Counted from the first letter of the stretch, positions 1-9,858 are shown. The stretch: 64,000 nt of DNA from Promethearchaeia archaeon (GCA_046483985.1 JAWOCD010000099.1:68648-132647); one strand, 5' to 3'. Numbers and translations are program-made. The notes: generated from the letters alone by a model not told the origin.

Positions 1-44
1 ATTAGATATTAATATATAATTCATTATTATCCTAACTGATTATT

Positions 45-818
45 ATGATTTCCGGAGGCCAATCAAAACGTTATGATCGCGCACTTACCGTGTTTTCCCC
101 CGAAGGACGACTATACCAAGTAGAATATGCTTTAGAAGCCGTTCGCCGTGGGACATTAGCCGTTGCGGTAAAGTCCGAAGCAGGCGTATGCCTAGCATCT
201 CAAGTAAAAGTTCCCAGCAAATTAATGGATCCAGATTCCATCGACAAGATATTTCAAGTAGATAATCATATCGGTGTGGCGATCTCGGGGTTACACGCAG
301 ATTCGCGGGCTTTAATTAATTATGCACGGACACAAGCGCAGTCCTTTCGTCTTACCTATGATGAACCAGTCCGCCTAAACATGTTGACAAAGACTGTCGC
401 CGACCTAAAGCAGCAATACACGCAATTTGGTGGTGTGCGCCCTTGGGGATGTGCTCTCTTCTTCATAGGTGTTGATGCGACCGGACCACAAATATTTACA
501 ACCTCACCGAGCGGTATCTATCGTTCCTTTAAAGCGTATGCATTGGGGAAAGGACAAGCAACCGCCCGTGAGTATATCCGAGAACATTACGAAGAGAATC
601 AGAGTTTTGACGAAGTTATCCAATTAGCTCTCCACGCAATCACAAAGTCCGTAGAGAAAAAATTGGATGAAGATTTACTCCGCATTGCTTATGTAAAAAG
701 TGAAGAGAAACAATATCATGCATGCGAAAAAAAGGAAATTGCGAAATTCTTAACAGAGTTCGTCCCAGATGATGAGGGTGCAGCCGATGAAGAGGAAAAA
801 GAAGAGTCCGAGGACTAA
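45..818 (+). CDS. psmA: Proteasome subunit alpha
   Basis: N-terminal signature YDRALTVFSPEGRLYQVEYA; GVAISGLHAD; QQYTQFGGVRPWG; acidic C-terminal tail. Confidence 0.97.
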   Translation: MISGGQSKRYDRALTVFSPEGRLYQVEYALEAVRRGTLAVAVKSEAGVCLASQVKVPSKLMDPDSIDKIFQVDNHIGVAISGLHADSRALINYARTQAQSFRLTYDEPVRLNMLTKTVADLKQQYTQFGGVRPWGCALFFIGVDATGPQIFTTSPSGIYRSFKAYALGKGQATAREYIREHYEENQSFDEVIQLALHAITKSVEKKLDEDLLRIAYVKSEEKQYHACEKKEIAKFLTEFVPDDEGAADEEEKEESED

Positions 819-1239
819 AATACCAAGGGAAAAACCTTCATAAAATTCATTCTCTTAATTTTTACAATCCTTTGCTGATTTTTATCAATATAGTCTTTTG
901 CTATAATAATTTTTAATCATATATATCCAGATATCCTGCTTCTTTTCAGAATTAAGGGTAGATATGATTAAAACCGGAATTATAAAATGTAAATAATTTT
1001 TAATAAAAATTGTGATTTGGGGATATTTTACCCATACGTCTTAAAAATATTATGGAAAAAGAGCCATCGGACGACATAGTTGGTTAAATTGTATAAGTTC
1101 TTAGAGTGAATATACAAGTCTTTTAAGATTTTTGATCTTTTTAACTGAACTTATTTAACAAACTTTATCTTACTTCTAAGTAAGGATTTTCTGCTATCTA
1201 AATGCTTTGGTCAATCCGTGTGGGGTAAGGATACACCAA

Positions 1240-1290
1240 AATTCAAGCTCTCCCTAAAGGACAGGGTTTTCTTTTGCCTTTAATGATAAA
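1240..1290 (-). mobile_element. Degenerate IS200/IS605-family end hairpin (orphan, left-end-like)
   Basis: CCCTAAAGGAC core shared with the IS end at 63816; imperfect hairpin CTCTCCCTAAAGGACAGGG; no transposase nearby. Confidence 0.5.
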
Positions 1291-1369
1291 ATATTAAAAT
1301 TAATAATTAATCTATATAATTAGTAATGTTCAAAAAGAAAATTAGAAATTATTAAACAGGTAGTAAGGT

Positions 1370-1765
1370 ATGTTCAAAAAAAGGAAGATAAGGGATAAGT
1401 TTGATAAGGTGTTTAAATCTGGCGATGAGGAAAAGATAAAAGCAATGTTGGATGAGAATCCGTGGCTGCTTGATGAAGTATCGGAAGAAATGGACGATAT
1501 GATGGGGGAACAAAGACAAACTATCGCCGCTCTCGGAGTGATGGAGGATGAATTGGGAGGTAAGGTTCCCATCGATGAGATCGTTTTTTCTTTACGAGTC
1601 GATTTTGATATCAAAAAAACCGAAGAGGAAGTCCTCGAGATTCTCAATAGTGTCGAAAATTTGGGGATGGTAAAAAGAGAGGGAAATGGATGGATCCTGA
1701 CCAGCGAAGGCGGGAAAGTATGTGATGATTTTCTGAACAAGAACCTGGAAGAAATCGAATTATAA
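1370..1765 (+). CDS. Hypothetical protein with C-terminal winged-helix-like domain
   Basis: ILNSVENLGMVKREGNGWILTSEG resembles a wHTH recognition helix plus wing. Confidence 0.7.
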   Translation: MFKKRKIRDKFDKVFKSGDEEKIKAMLDENPWLLDEVSEEMDDMMGEQRQTIAALGVMEDELGGKVPIDEIVFSLRVDFDIKKTEEEVLEILNSVENLGMVKREGNGWILTSEGGKVCDDFLNKNLEEIEL

Positions 1766-1912
1766 ACTCTTATTTCTTTATTGATTTACTATTATTTTCT
1801 CTTTAGTTGTATATCTTTCTGGAATATAGAATAATGAAATTTTAATTTTCTTTGGAACAAATATTATTTAAGTGGGATTTTTTAAATATTTTTTAGAAAA
1901 GGTTGGAAAGAA

Positions 1913-4900
1913 ATGAGTAATGAAGAAAACCGGGAATCCAAAAAACAAGAAAAAGAAAAGAAGGATCAAAGCCAAAAATCTACTGAGAATGATAAGGGGA
2001 CCTCGGCTGAGGCATACAATTATGTAGAGCATGCACTGTCATTGTTGGATTCTGGATATTATGATGATGCAATTGAAGCTTTGAAATCGGCTAAGGAGTT
2101 GTACTCACAGATCTCCAGAGAAGAAGAAATTTCCATGGTTAAACAGAAGATCTCCGATATTTACTTAATGAAGGAAGAAGCACTTGGTGAAGAACAAGCA
2201 GCAACAGAATCGGAGGGAGAAAAGGAGAAAAAAGATTTAAGTGAGGAAAAAGAATTTGAAGAAAAAAAAGAGAAAGAATCAAAAGAACAACAAAAAGTAG
2301 AATATTCCCGAAAAGATAAAGAAATAATACTCAATGAAGCCTATGAGTTTTTAGATAGAGGGGAAAAATTAGCTAACACAGAGTATTTTGAGGATGCAAT
2401 AAAAAATTTCAGGAAAGCAAAAAATTTATTTAAAAAAATTGGGAAAAGAACAGAAGAAACTAATGTAGAGGATAAAATCAATGCAATTTTAGCTGAAAAA
2501 GAGGAGAAGTTAGAAAAAAAAGAAGAGAAACAAAAGCTGGAAGAAGAGAAAAAGAAACACGCAGAGAAGCAATTAAAAGCTCGAATGAAAAAAGCAAAGC
2601 AACAAGAAGTGAAAAAAAAAGAAGAAAGATTTAAGAAAATCCAAGAATATGAAACAAAAAAGATTGAAGAAAAACGGTTTAGAAAGGAAATAGACCGATT
2701 AATTGATAAAGCCGAGAAATTAGCACGAGAATATGAAGTTCAAATTAGAAAAGGAAACTTCAAGCAAGAATGTATTTATCCACAAATCATTAACATTTAT
2801 ACGGAAGTTAGAAAAAAATTATTTAAAAGAGGATGGGATAAGGAAGCAAGCATGTATACCAACCAAATTAAAAAGTATAAGGATAAATTAGAAAAAGACA
2901 AAAAACTTAGAGAATTAGAGGAAGAAAAGAAGCAAAAAGATAAAAAATTTGAAGAATATTATAAATCTAGGGGAAAACCTTCTAAAAAAACTGAAGCAAA
3001 GGCGATTAAGGAGAAAAAACAGGATAAAAGACTCAGTGATAAGCGATTTGAGGAAAAAATTTCCAATATGGTTGATAAGGCCGAAAATCTGGCAGGTGCC
3101 TACGAACGGAATATTCGTAGAGGAAAATTTGAGGAACAATGTGTTTACCCGCAAGTAATTGATATTTACAAAGAAGTCAGAAAAAGATTGTTCGAACAAG
3201 GGTGGGATAAAGAGGCCCAAATATATACGAACCAAATTAAAATTTACAAGGAGAAATTAGAAAAGGACAAAAAGTTACGGAAATTAGAGGAAGAGAAAAA
3301 GAAGAAGGATAAAAAATATGAAAAATATTTTAAGAGTAAGAAAGGGAAAAAAGAAAAGAAAGCAGCTAAACAAAAAGGGACCAAAAAAACCTCCGAGAAT
3401 GAGCGTGGAGATAAAGCTTTTGATCTCATTAATAAAGCAGAAAATGCTGTAAAGAATTATGAACTAAAGCTGAAAAAAAATATTTTATTACATGACCCAC
3501 CATATGAAGAAGCCATAGAATTATACAGAAAAGCTCAAGATATTTTTAAGGAGATCGGGTGGAAAGAGGAGGCTACACGATTAAACGATACTATCAATCA
3601 TTATAAACAAAAACAAGCAAAAGACGAAAAACTGAGGGAGAAGGAACGTAAAGGATTAAAAAAAGAGCAAAAGAAAGAATTAGAGGAAGGGAAAAAAGAT
3701 AAAAAAGCCCAAAAAGAAAAGAGCGAGAAAGAAGAGATCCCTGAAAAGATTCTGAACAGCATAAATGAAGCAGAGAAAATTGCCAAAGAATACGAAAAAC
3801 AGATTAAAAGAAATAAGGCAATATTACAGATTGAATGCCCTTATGAAAAGGTCATTAGGATATACCGGACGGCAAAAAAACGTTTCAATAAGCTGGGCTG
3901 GGACGAAGAGGCTCAGAAGTTGATCCGCTCCATTAATTTCTATAAAAAAAAGTTACAAAAGGATAAAAAGCTCAGAGAATTCGAAAGACAGAAAAAACAA
4001 AAAGAGAAACGATTTGAAGAAAGGCTAAAGGCAATAAAAAAACCTGACGGTATCGCACAAGAACTGAAAAGGGAAAAATTAAAGGATGATAAAAAGGAAG
4101 GAAAAGTAAAAGCAGATGAGATTTTTGAGAAAATTAATAAATCTGAGCGAAAAGGAAAAAAATATGAGCGAGAAATAAAAGGAGGACAGATCCTTGACCA
4201 TAAATCCCCATATGAAGACATTATCCAGACTTATAGGAGGGCAAGAAAAGAATTAAAAGATATTGGATGGAACGAAGAGGCTCAGAAATTACTCAGTTCC
4301 ATCAACTACTATAAAAAAAAATTCCAACAAGATCAAAAACTGAGGGAATTTGAAAGGAAGAAGGAAAATCGGAAAAAAGAATTTGAGAAAATGGCGAGAA
4401 CTAAGCCTAAATCACCCAATTTAGAGAAGAGAAAGGAAAGATTGGCCAAAGAACAGAAAAAGACCAGAGAATCAGATATTCAAAGGGAAAAAGCGTTCAA
4501 ACTAATGGATAAAGGAAAATTAGAGTTCAAAAAGAACAATTTTGATAAAGCAATTAGACATTATAAAGAGAGTGAAGAGATTTTCGAAGAGATTGGATGG
4601 GAAAAAGGAAAAACAATGATTAACCAATCAATAGCTGTAATTAAACGAAAAAGGAAAGCACTGAGCCAAAAACAGCAAAAATTGAAAGAAAAAGAAAAGG
4701 AAAAAAAAGAGTTGGAAAAAAAATTAGAAGAACGAATAGCTGGACTAAGAGAAAAGAATGAAATAGAGAGGAAACAAAAAAGGGACAAATTTGTTCAAGA
4801 CCAAAAAGAAAAAAAGGAGGAAAGTGCACTCACAGAAAAAGCCTATGGCCTTCTGGAACAAGGTACAAAATTGGCTCAAAAGAAAAAGTTTGATGAGGCG

Positions 4901-5902
4901 CTTGAAAAATATAAGAATGCCCGGGAGATTTTCAGTAATTTAGGATGGAGCCACGAGATTAGTAGAATTAACAACGAACTTTTGTACAAATTGAAAAAAA
5001 AGGTGAGGGAAGCCAAAAAGCGGGAAGATTTCAAGAAAAAACAAGAGGAAAAAGAGAAAGCATTAAAAACCCTCTTAGATAAAGCAGAAAAAAAGCGAAA
5101 AAAGAAAAAAGAGCAAACTAAAAAAGAAAAAAGAGAAAGACTCCACCGATTATCTGGCGGTGAACGCAAGAAAGAAAAATTATTAAGAAAAAGTAACCAA
5201 GCAGAAGATCTCATTGAACAAGGACAGGTGAATGAAGCAATCTTACTACTTAAAAATATCCAAAAAATAAGCAAAAAGACGGAATTAATAGCTGAATTTC
5301 CAGATATAAGCAAAAAAGTCTCCAAATTAAAGGAAAATACAAATATCCCCATTATCACAGATTCAGCGGAAGAGGCAGATTTAAAAGATGATAACTTCCA
5401 ATCGGCTTATAGAGCGTTAGATAAGGCGAATCAGGCGATTGAAGAGGGTCACCTTATGAAAGCAGTTTCAGAACTAAATGAAGCAAAATTCAATTTACAG
5501 TCTCTTCCCGGCCAAGCGAATTCTTTATCATTAGTCGAGGAGAAAATCGAAGAATGGAAAGACCAATTAAGATCTGGGAAATCTCTTCAAAAGACTAAAA
5601 AAGAATCAGCTCAGAGCAATAAAAAAGATTTAGAGCCGACCAGCGATCTAGCCTACGAGTACATGGATAAAAGCAACAAGGAAAAGCGAAAGAATAACTA
5701 TAAGAAGGCAATCGAATTAGCCAACAAAGCACTGGAAGTTTTTGAGACTTTGGGAGCTGAATGGGCAAGAGAAAAGGCGATGGTCAATAAACACATCGTA
5801 CAATTAGAACAAAGTCAAGAAAAACGGCAAGAATTGTTCACATCTGCACGGAAAGAACAAGAAGAAAAAGCACGAGGACAAAAAAAGCAGAAAAAAGATT
5901 AA
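1913..5902 (+). CDS. Giant K/E-rich helical-repeat (TPR/MIT-like) coiled-coil protein
   Basis: About 11-12 recurring helical units (A[YF]xxxxxA...Y/FxxAxxxYxxAxxxFxxxGW) separated by charged linkers. Confidence 0.85.
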   Translation: MSNEENRESKKQEKEKKDQSQKSTENDKGTSAEAYNYVEHALSLLDSGYYDDAIEALKSAKELYSQISREEEISMVKQKISDIYLMKEEALGEEQAATESEGEKEKKDLSEEKEFEEKKEKESKEQQKVEYSRKDKEIILNEAYEFLDRGEKLANTEYFEDAIKNFRKAKNLFKKIGKRTEETNVEDKINAILAEKEEKLEKKEEKQKLEEEKKKHAEKQLKARMKKAKQQEVKKKEERFKKIQEYETKKIEEKRFRKEIDRLIDKAEKLAREYEVQIRKGNFKQECIYPQIINIYTEVRKKLFKRGWDKEASMYTNQIKKYKDKLEKDKKLRELEEEKKQKDKKFEEYYKSRGKPSKKTEAKAIKEKKQDKRLSDKRFEEKISNMVDKAENLAGAYERNIRRGKFEEQCVYPQVIDIYKEVRKRLFEQGWDKEAQIYTNQIKIYKEKLEKDKKLRKLEEEKKKKDKKYEKYFKSKKGKKEKKAAKQKGTKKTSENERGDKAFDLINKAENAVKNYELKLKKNILLHDPPYEEAIELYRKAQDIFKEIGWKEEATRLNDTINHYKQKQAKDEKLREKERKGLKKEQKKELEEGKKDKKAQKEKSEKEEIPEKILNSINEAEKIAKEYEKQIKRNKAILQIECPYEKVIRIYRTAKKRFNKLGWDEEAQKLIRSINFYKKKLQKDKKLREFERQKKQKEKRFEERLKAIKKPDGIAQELKREKLKDDKKEGKVKADEIFEKINKSERKGKKYEREIKGGQILDHKSPYEDIIQTYRRARKELKDIGWNEEAQKLLSSINYYKKKFQQDQKLREFERKKENRKKEFEKMARTKPKSPNLEKRKERLAKEQKKTRESDIQREKAFKLMDKGKLEFKKNNFDKAIRHYKESEEIFEEIGWEKGKTMINQSIAVIKRKRKALSQKQQKLKEKEKEKKELEKKLEERIAGLREKNEIERKQKRDKFVQDQKEKKEESALTEKAYGLLEQGTKLAQKKKFDEALEKYKNAREIFSNLGWSHEISRINNELLYKLKKKVREAKKREDFKKKQEEKEKALKTLLDKAEKKRKKKKEQTKKEKRERLHRLSGGERKKEKLLRKSNQAEDLIEQGQVNEAILLLKNIQKISKKTELIAEFPDISKKVSKLKENTNIPIITDSAEEADLKDDNFQSAYRALDKANQAIEEGHLMKAVSELNEAKFNLQSLPGQANSLSLVEEKIEEWKDQLRSGKSLQKTKKESAQSNKKDLEPTSDLAYEYMDKSNKEKRKNNYKKAIELANKALEVFETLGAEWAREKAMVNKHIVQLEQSQEKRQELFTSARKEQEEKARGQKKQKKD
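2678..4380 (+). repeat. Five tandem ~120-aa intragenic repeat units
   Basis: Recurring AE..A..YE..I.....[CP]xY..II..Y........GW..EA......I..YK.K...D.KLRE; units 1 and 2 are still similar at DNA level (e.g. AACCAAATTAAAA, AAATTAGAAAA). Confidence 0.85.
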
Positions 5903-6029
5903 CAAATAGGCGTGGAAACAACATAGATCAGATCGTCGAAAAAAGTTTAAAACCGTATGAAGAAAAAAAAGAAAAAGAAAATAAAACAAATTAAATTCTC
6001 TCCCATTATTTATTCTTTTCCCAATTATA

Positions 6030-6275
6030 TTACACTAACAACTCATCTTCTATTTTTCCACTAATTGCGGTTTCTACCTTATCTGTTCCGTCAGAATTAT
6101 ATTTTTCCTTTAATGTTTCATCAATCATATATTCTGTTTTAATCAGATCTCTAATCGCTACCCTAATTGCTTCACTTCGATTGGGAAAGCGGGATTGAGT
6201 AACTAATGTTTCTAATATATTCAAATACGACTCGGGAAGGTTAAGGGAAATCAATTTCAATATTATGTTCACCAA
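6030..6275 (-). CDS. Ribbon-helix-helix (CopG/NikR-like) transcriptional regulator
   Basis: KLISLNLPESYLNILETLV...FPNRSEAIRVAIRDLI is the typical archaeal RHH motif. Confidence 0.9.
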   Translation of the reverse strand: MVNIILKLISLNLPESYLNILETLVTQSRFPNRSEAIRVAIRDLIKTEYMIDETLKEKYNSDGTDKVETAISGKIEDELLV

Positions 6276-6317
6276 TTATTTTATTTTTAACTTATTTATT
6301 AAATAATATATCTACGT

Positions 6318-6344
6318 GATATTTAAGATATTTAAGATATTTAA
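6318..6344. repeat. Perfect 3x 9-bp direct repeat GATATTTAA upstream of the RHH gene
   Basis: Seen directly; minus strand reads TTAAATATC x3 (TATA-like). Confidence 0.8.
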
Positions 6345-6468
6345 GCATTTAGTAGAAATGGACCCTCAGAAACGCGACAAAATTATGAGCGTTAAAATAT
6401 GCTTTAAAAAAGAAATTCTGGCTGTGGTGTCACTGCTCGTCGTCAACGCTCACTTTCCATAAGCCTCA

Positions 6469-6496
6469 TTTAATTTTCACTGAAGTGAAAATTAAA
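6469..6496. repeat. Perfect 12-bp inverted repeat with 4-nt loop
   Basis: TTTAATTTTCAC-TGAA-GTGAAAATTAAA. Confidence 0.7.
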
Positions 6497-6544
6497 ATTA
6501 AATCCTTTTTAATTCTTTATGTTCAATATATAGGATGCTATCCT

Positions 6545-6588
6545 ACGGTCCATCTTTCACTAAAATTTTTTGAAAGATCTCATTCCAT
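6545..6588 (-). ncRNA. Candidate SECIS-like stem-loop
   Basis: Minus strand: AUGGA-AUGAG-AUCUUUCA-AAAAAUUUUAG-UGAAAGAU-GGAC-CGU. It has an AUGAN/NGAN core, an 8-bp helix and an A-rich loop, and lies downstream of a gene ending TGA-TGA. Confidence 0.35.
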
Positions 6589-6724
6589 TTTTTATTTCTT
6601 TATTTTATTTTCTCCTTTCCAAGTCGAAATAGTGGGCAAATGTTTCATTTGTTTTCCCATATTTTTTTAAAATAATCCGTTTAAAAGTTCCAAATCCCAA
6701 TCGTTTTTCCATGACAGTAGATCA

Positions 6725-7063
6725 TCAATCTGCATCTATTAAAATGTTAATTTTAGAATTTGGAATTAAATTTACTCTCACATCGTCTTTTATAGGCATA
6801 AATTCTCTATTGGGTCCATAGGCATCTATTCCAACATCATCATATATTTTATCTTTCTGTGGGTTCCAAATTAATTGAAGATAACTATGGATTTTACCTT
6901 TATAGAGTGGAAAACAAGATTCTTCTGGATGGTCAAACACATATTTATCGATTTCTGATAAAGCTTGTAAAATATGGGCATCATCACCGAGGTCAATAGT
7001 GAAGGTTTTCCCAGAAGTTAAATTCTCCAAGGGAATGCTGATCTCAAATGTTAGTTGTTTCAT
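6725..7063 (-). CDS. Small beta-grasp (MoaD/ThiS/ubiquitin-like) protein; possible UGA read-through
   Basis: Beta-beta-helix pattern (LTFEISIP..FTIDL..AHILQAL..ID) with a terminal strand (LIPNSKINIL); ends DAD-TGA-TGA; no GG. Confidence 0.6.
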   Translation of the reverse strand: MKQLTFEISIPLENLTSGKTFTIDLGDDAHILQALSEIDKYVFDHPEESCFPLYKGKIHSYLQLIWNPQKDKIYDDVGIDAYGPNREFMPIKDDVRVNLIPNSKINILIDAD

Positions 7064-7492
7064 TTTTAATATAAATTGAATCCTTTTTTATTGTGGGAAT
7101 TTATTCTTATGTTAGGCGTTTCTATTTTATATACATTTTTATCAAATTTAAGTTTATCGATTTGAATTCATCAATTTCGATTTGGATGGACTTAAGGACG
7201 CGAAGACAAGTAATGAACTTCCTTACGGAAAAAATTAATTCATCCCAAATATACAAAACTCATGCAAGCCCCCAAAGTGAGCTCTCCTATAACTCGGTCT
7301 CTCTCGAGACGGAGGTTTTTCATATCTTTGACTGGGAAGTTATTGCATAGGATACCACTCTGTAACGTACCTTAGATGGATAATACTATTTTAGAATGGT
7401 ACCATAGACCAAAGATATATAATATATGTCCATATATTATACACAAATATATAATTTTTCATTTATAAAATTGAAATTGTTGATAGTAGAAA

Positions 7493-7816
7493 ATGGCTGA
7501 TATAGAAGAACAACTAGCAGAGCATTTGGAAACAGCAAAGGATTGGGAAAAGATGGAAACTCCTATACCCGGCGTATTTGTCGTAAAAGTGCCCGCAACA
7601 AAAACAAGACCTGCATTACTTTTCTTGGAAATTAACCCGCTTAAGGAAAATGGGCGACCAATGAAACGGAAGGGACTTTTTGTTAAAAATAAAGAGATGC
7701 TCATAAAGTTTACAGAGGCTTTAACCGATGATAAGGTTTTTAAGCTCATCCAAAATTTAGATAGTGTCAACCCCAATACGAATAAAGGAAGCAAAAGAAA
7801 GAAATTGGAAATGTAA
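7493..7816 (+). CDS. Conserved-looking hypothetical protein
   Basis: Clean ORF with normal codon usage; no recognised motif. Confidence 0.75.
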   Translation: MADIEEQLAEHLETAKDWEKMETPIPGVFVVKVPATKTRPALLFLEINPLKENGRPMKRKGLFVKNKEMLIKFTEALTDDKVFKLIQNLDSVNPNTNKGSKRKKLEM

Positions 7817-8262
7817 TTGTATCTGCTTTTCTCAATCTTATTATTTTGTGTCTAAAACGCGTATGGGATTCAGTGAGATATGAAACCTATCAACCTGTGT
7901 CACTTTGTGGATGTATTGCGGCAGAAGAAAGAATGGATTTACGGATTGCGAATACAGATGTAGGAGCTCTTTCTTAAGGAGATTATCCCCGTTCAAAGGG
8001 TTCCTTAAACTTCTTGTTATAAAAATGGTTCAAATAGCCGTGTTTAACTTTTTAGAGAACGAAGGACTATTATTTTTATCTTCTTACTAAAATATAACCC
8101 TTACTCAAGATGATACATCCTAAATAAAAGCAAATCTTTTATTTGGAAAAAATTAATTTTATTTAAGAAAATTATATTATTAAAACTAATAACATAAAAA
8201 AGATAATAATTATTATATAATAAAATTAGGAATTAAGTAATAAGTTTTTAAATGGTGATATT

Positions 8263-8547
8263 GTGTCAGATATTGAAGAAGATGGAGATCATTGCATAGT
8301 GTGTGGCTGCACAGATTTTAGAGGTGTTAATGATGAGTGGATGAGTCGTACTTTCCGATTTGTCGAAAATGGACAGCTGAAAATGTGCGAAGAGTGTGGT
8401 GCAAAGTTTTTGGTATGCAAAAGTTGTGGAGGATTATTTACTCGAGTTCATCCTGCATTAGAAGCATGGGAAGTAAATCAAGAGTGTCCAAAATGTGGAT
8501 ATGTTGATGAAGACGTAAAAGCATGGGACGGCGTGTCTGCTCGTTAA
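8263..8547 (+). CDS. Double zinc-ribbon protein
   Basis: Four CxxC motifs (CIVC, CEEC, CKSC, CPKC); GGTGA RBS before GTG. Confidence 0.8.
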   Translation: MSDIEEDGDHCIVCGCTDFRGVNDEWMSRTFRFVENGQLKMCEECGAKFLVCKSCGGLFTRVHPALEAWEVNQECPKCGYVDEDVKAWDGVSAR

Positions 8548-8734
8548 AGAATAGTCTTTTTAGCACATATACTATGCAGAATTACAAATTTTCTTTTCTT
8601 ACCTTTTTATCGAAAGAATGAAATGTATTTAAAACAAAACCAATCTATTCTAATAAGATCGTAAGAGATTGGAATAAATTTTAATGAAAATAGAGATTAA
8701 TATTATTCAATATATAAAGAAAAGTTGATGAGAA

Positions 8735-9238
8735 ATGGCAGATGTTAAAATTGAAGTTGCAACTCCAGATGATATAGAAGATTTAGAAGATTTAACCAGA
8801 AAATTAGTAGAGGGGTTAGGGCAAGAATTTATCCCAAAACGGTTTGATTGGGGAATTCGGAGGCGTTTGTTCGATCCGCTGCAAAGGCACGGGATCTTAG
8901 TTGCGAGAGAGCAAGAATCTCAGGAAGCAGTTGGAATGATTATTGCAGAGCTCAGAATCGATCCTTACGGGGCATCAGAAGGTTACATTAAGCAAGTCTT
9001 CCTCAAGAAACCATATCGAGGGAAAGGATTAGGCAAAAAACTGATACAGAATGCAATTGATCATCTCAAAAAAATCAACGTGGAAAAGATTAAGGTAAAC
9101 GTGAAGGAAGAGGCCCAAAAAGCGATGAATCTTTACGGGAAAATGGATTTCAAAAAAGTATATGAAGTTTTAGAATTAAAATTAACCGAAAACGAATCGG
9201 AACAAGAAGAAAAGAAAGAAAAAAAGCAAAAAATATAG
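8735..9238 (+). CDS. GNAT-family acetyltransferase
   Basis: Motif A VFLKKPYRGKGLGKKLI; AMNLYGKMDF. Confidence 0.92.
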   Translation: MADVKIEVATPDDIEDLEDLTRKLVEGLGQEFIPKRFDWGIRRRLFDPLQRHGILVAREQESQEAVGMIIAELRIDPYGASEGYIKQVFLKKPYRGKGLGKKLIQNAIDHLKKINVEKIKVNVKEEAQKAMNLYGKMDFKKVYEVLELKLTENESEQEEKKEKKQKI

Positions 9239-9263
9239 ATAGAGTTTTAAGCAGTTATTTCTT

Positions 9264-9858
9264 CTATAAATCAACACAAAGCCCATAGAAAAAAACGCAT
9301 AATCCCACAAGGGCAACGAGAGGAAAGATTTTATTAGGGGGACTAAATAAAAACTTATTCTTTGGTTCAAAAATCGTTCGATCCCCGACAAAACCCTAAA
9401 ATGCTTATGGTTAATCTCCTAATAATATAAGGGGGCAAGTTTATCCTCATTCTTCACTTGAAACACAAATCGAAAGATGATAATGGTCCAAATGAGGATG
9501 AAAATTACCAGAGCAGAAAAGGGCAATCCAAAAATATTCCTAAGAATAAATAAAATGACTAAAATTATCGAAATGATCAAGAGGAGTGTTCTTCTTGACC
9601 ATTCTTCTTGATAAATGATCATAATCGCTACAAAAAATATGAAGGAAATTCCCCCGAATATTATAGTGGCTGCCATTAGATATTTTCTATTGTAATGGAA
9701 TTATTTCAATGGGAAAGGGGTCCAAACAACGTAAATAGCCAGAGAAGGCTCTATAGCTTTTTCTCTTGCTGAGTTGTTGATCGGTACTTAAAAAACAGAA
9801 TCACAAAGGCAAACCCCGAAATTGCCAGCAATATATCTGTGATCGCTGGAACGGGTTC
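9264..9858 (-). pseudogene. Decayed multi-TM membrane protein gene (includes ORF 9419-9676)
   Basis: Collinear hydrophobic fragments EPVPAITDILLAISGFAFVILFF / MAATIIFGG... / NKIFPLVALVGLCVFFYG separated by stops and frameshifts. Confidence 0.5.

Noticed and set aside
2915-5989. F/S/L-rich antisense ORFs (also opposite smc, dnaK, clpB and others)
   Set aside because: Shadow frames of K/E-rich real genes
5880-5995. Frameshifted C-terminal extension of the giant repeat protein
   Set aside because: Alternative frames are open in A-rich sequence, but none is clearly better without homologues
6440-6470. Second AUGA hairpin (AUGAGGCUUAUGGAAAGUGAGC) as another SECIS
   Set aside because: The stem is only 6 bp with G-U pairs, and the 3' GA is not in register
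7093-8090. Small ORFs 7093-7350 and 7905-8090, or structured RNAs (SRP/RNase P) in these spacers
   Set aside because: No recognisable protein or RNA consensus motifs; only one short imperfect hairpin
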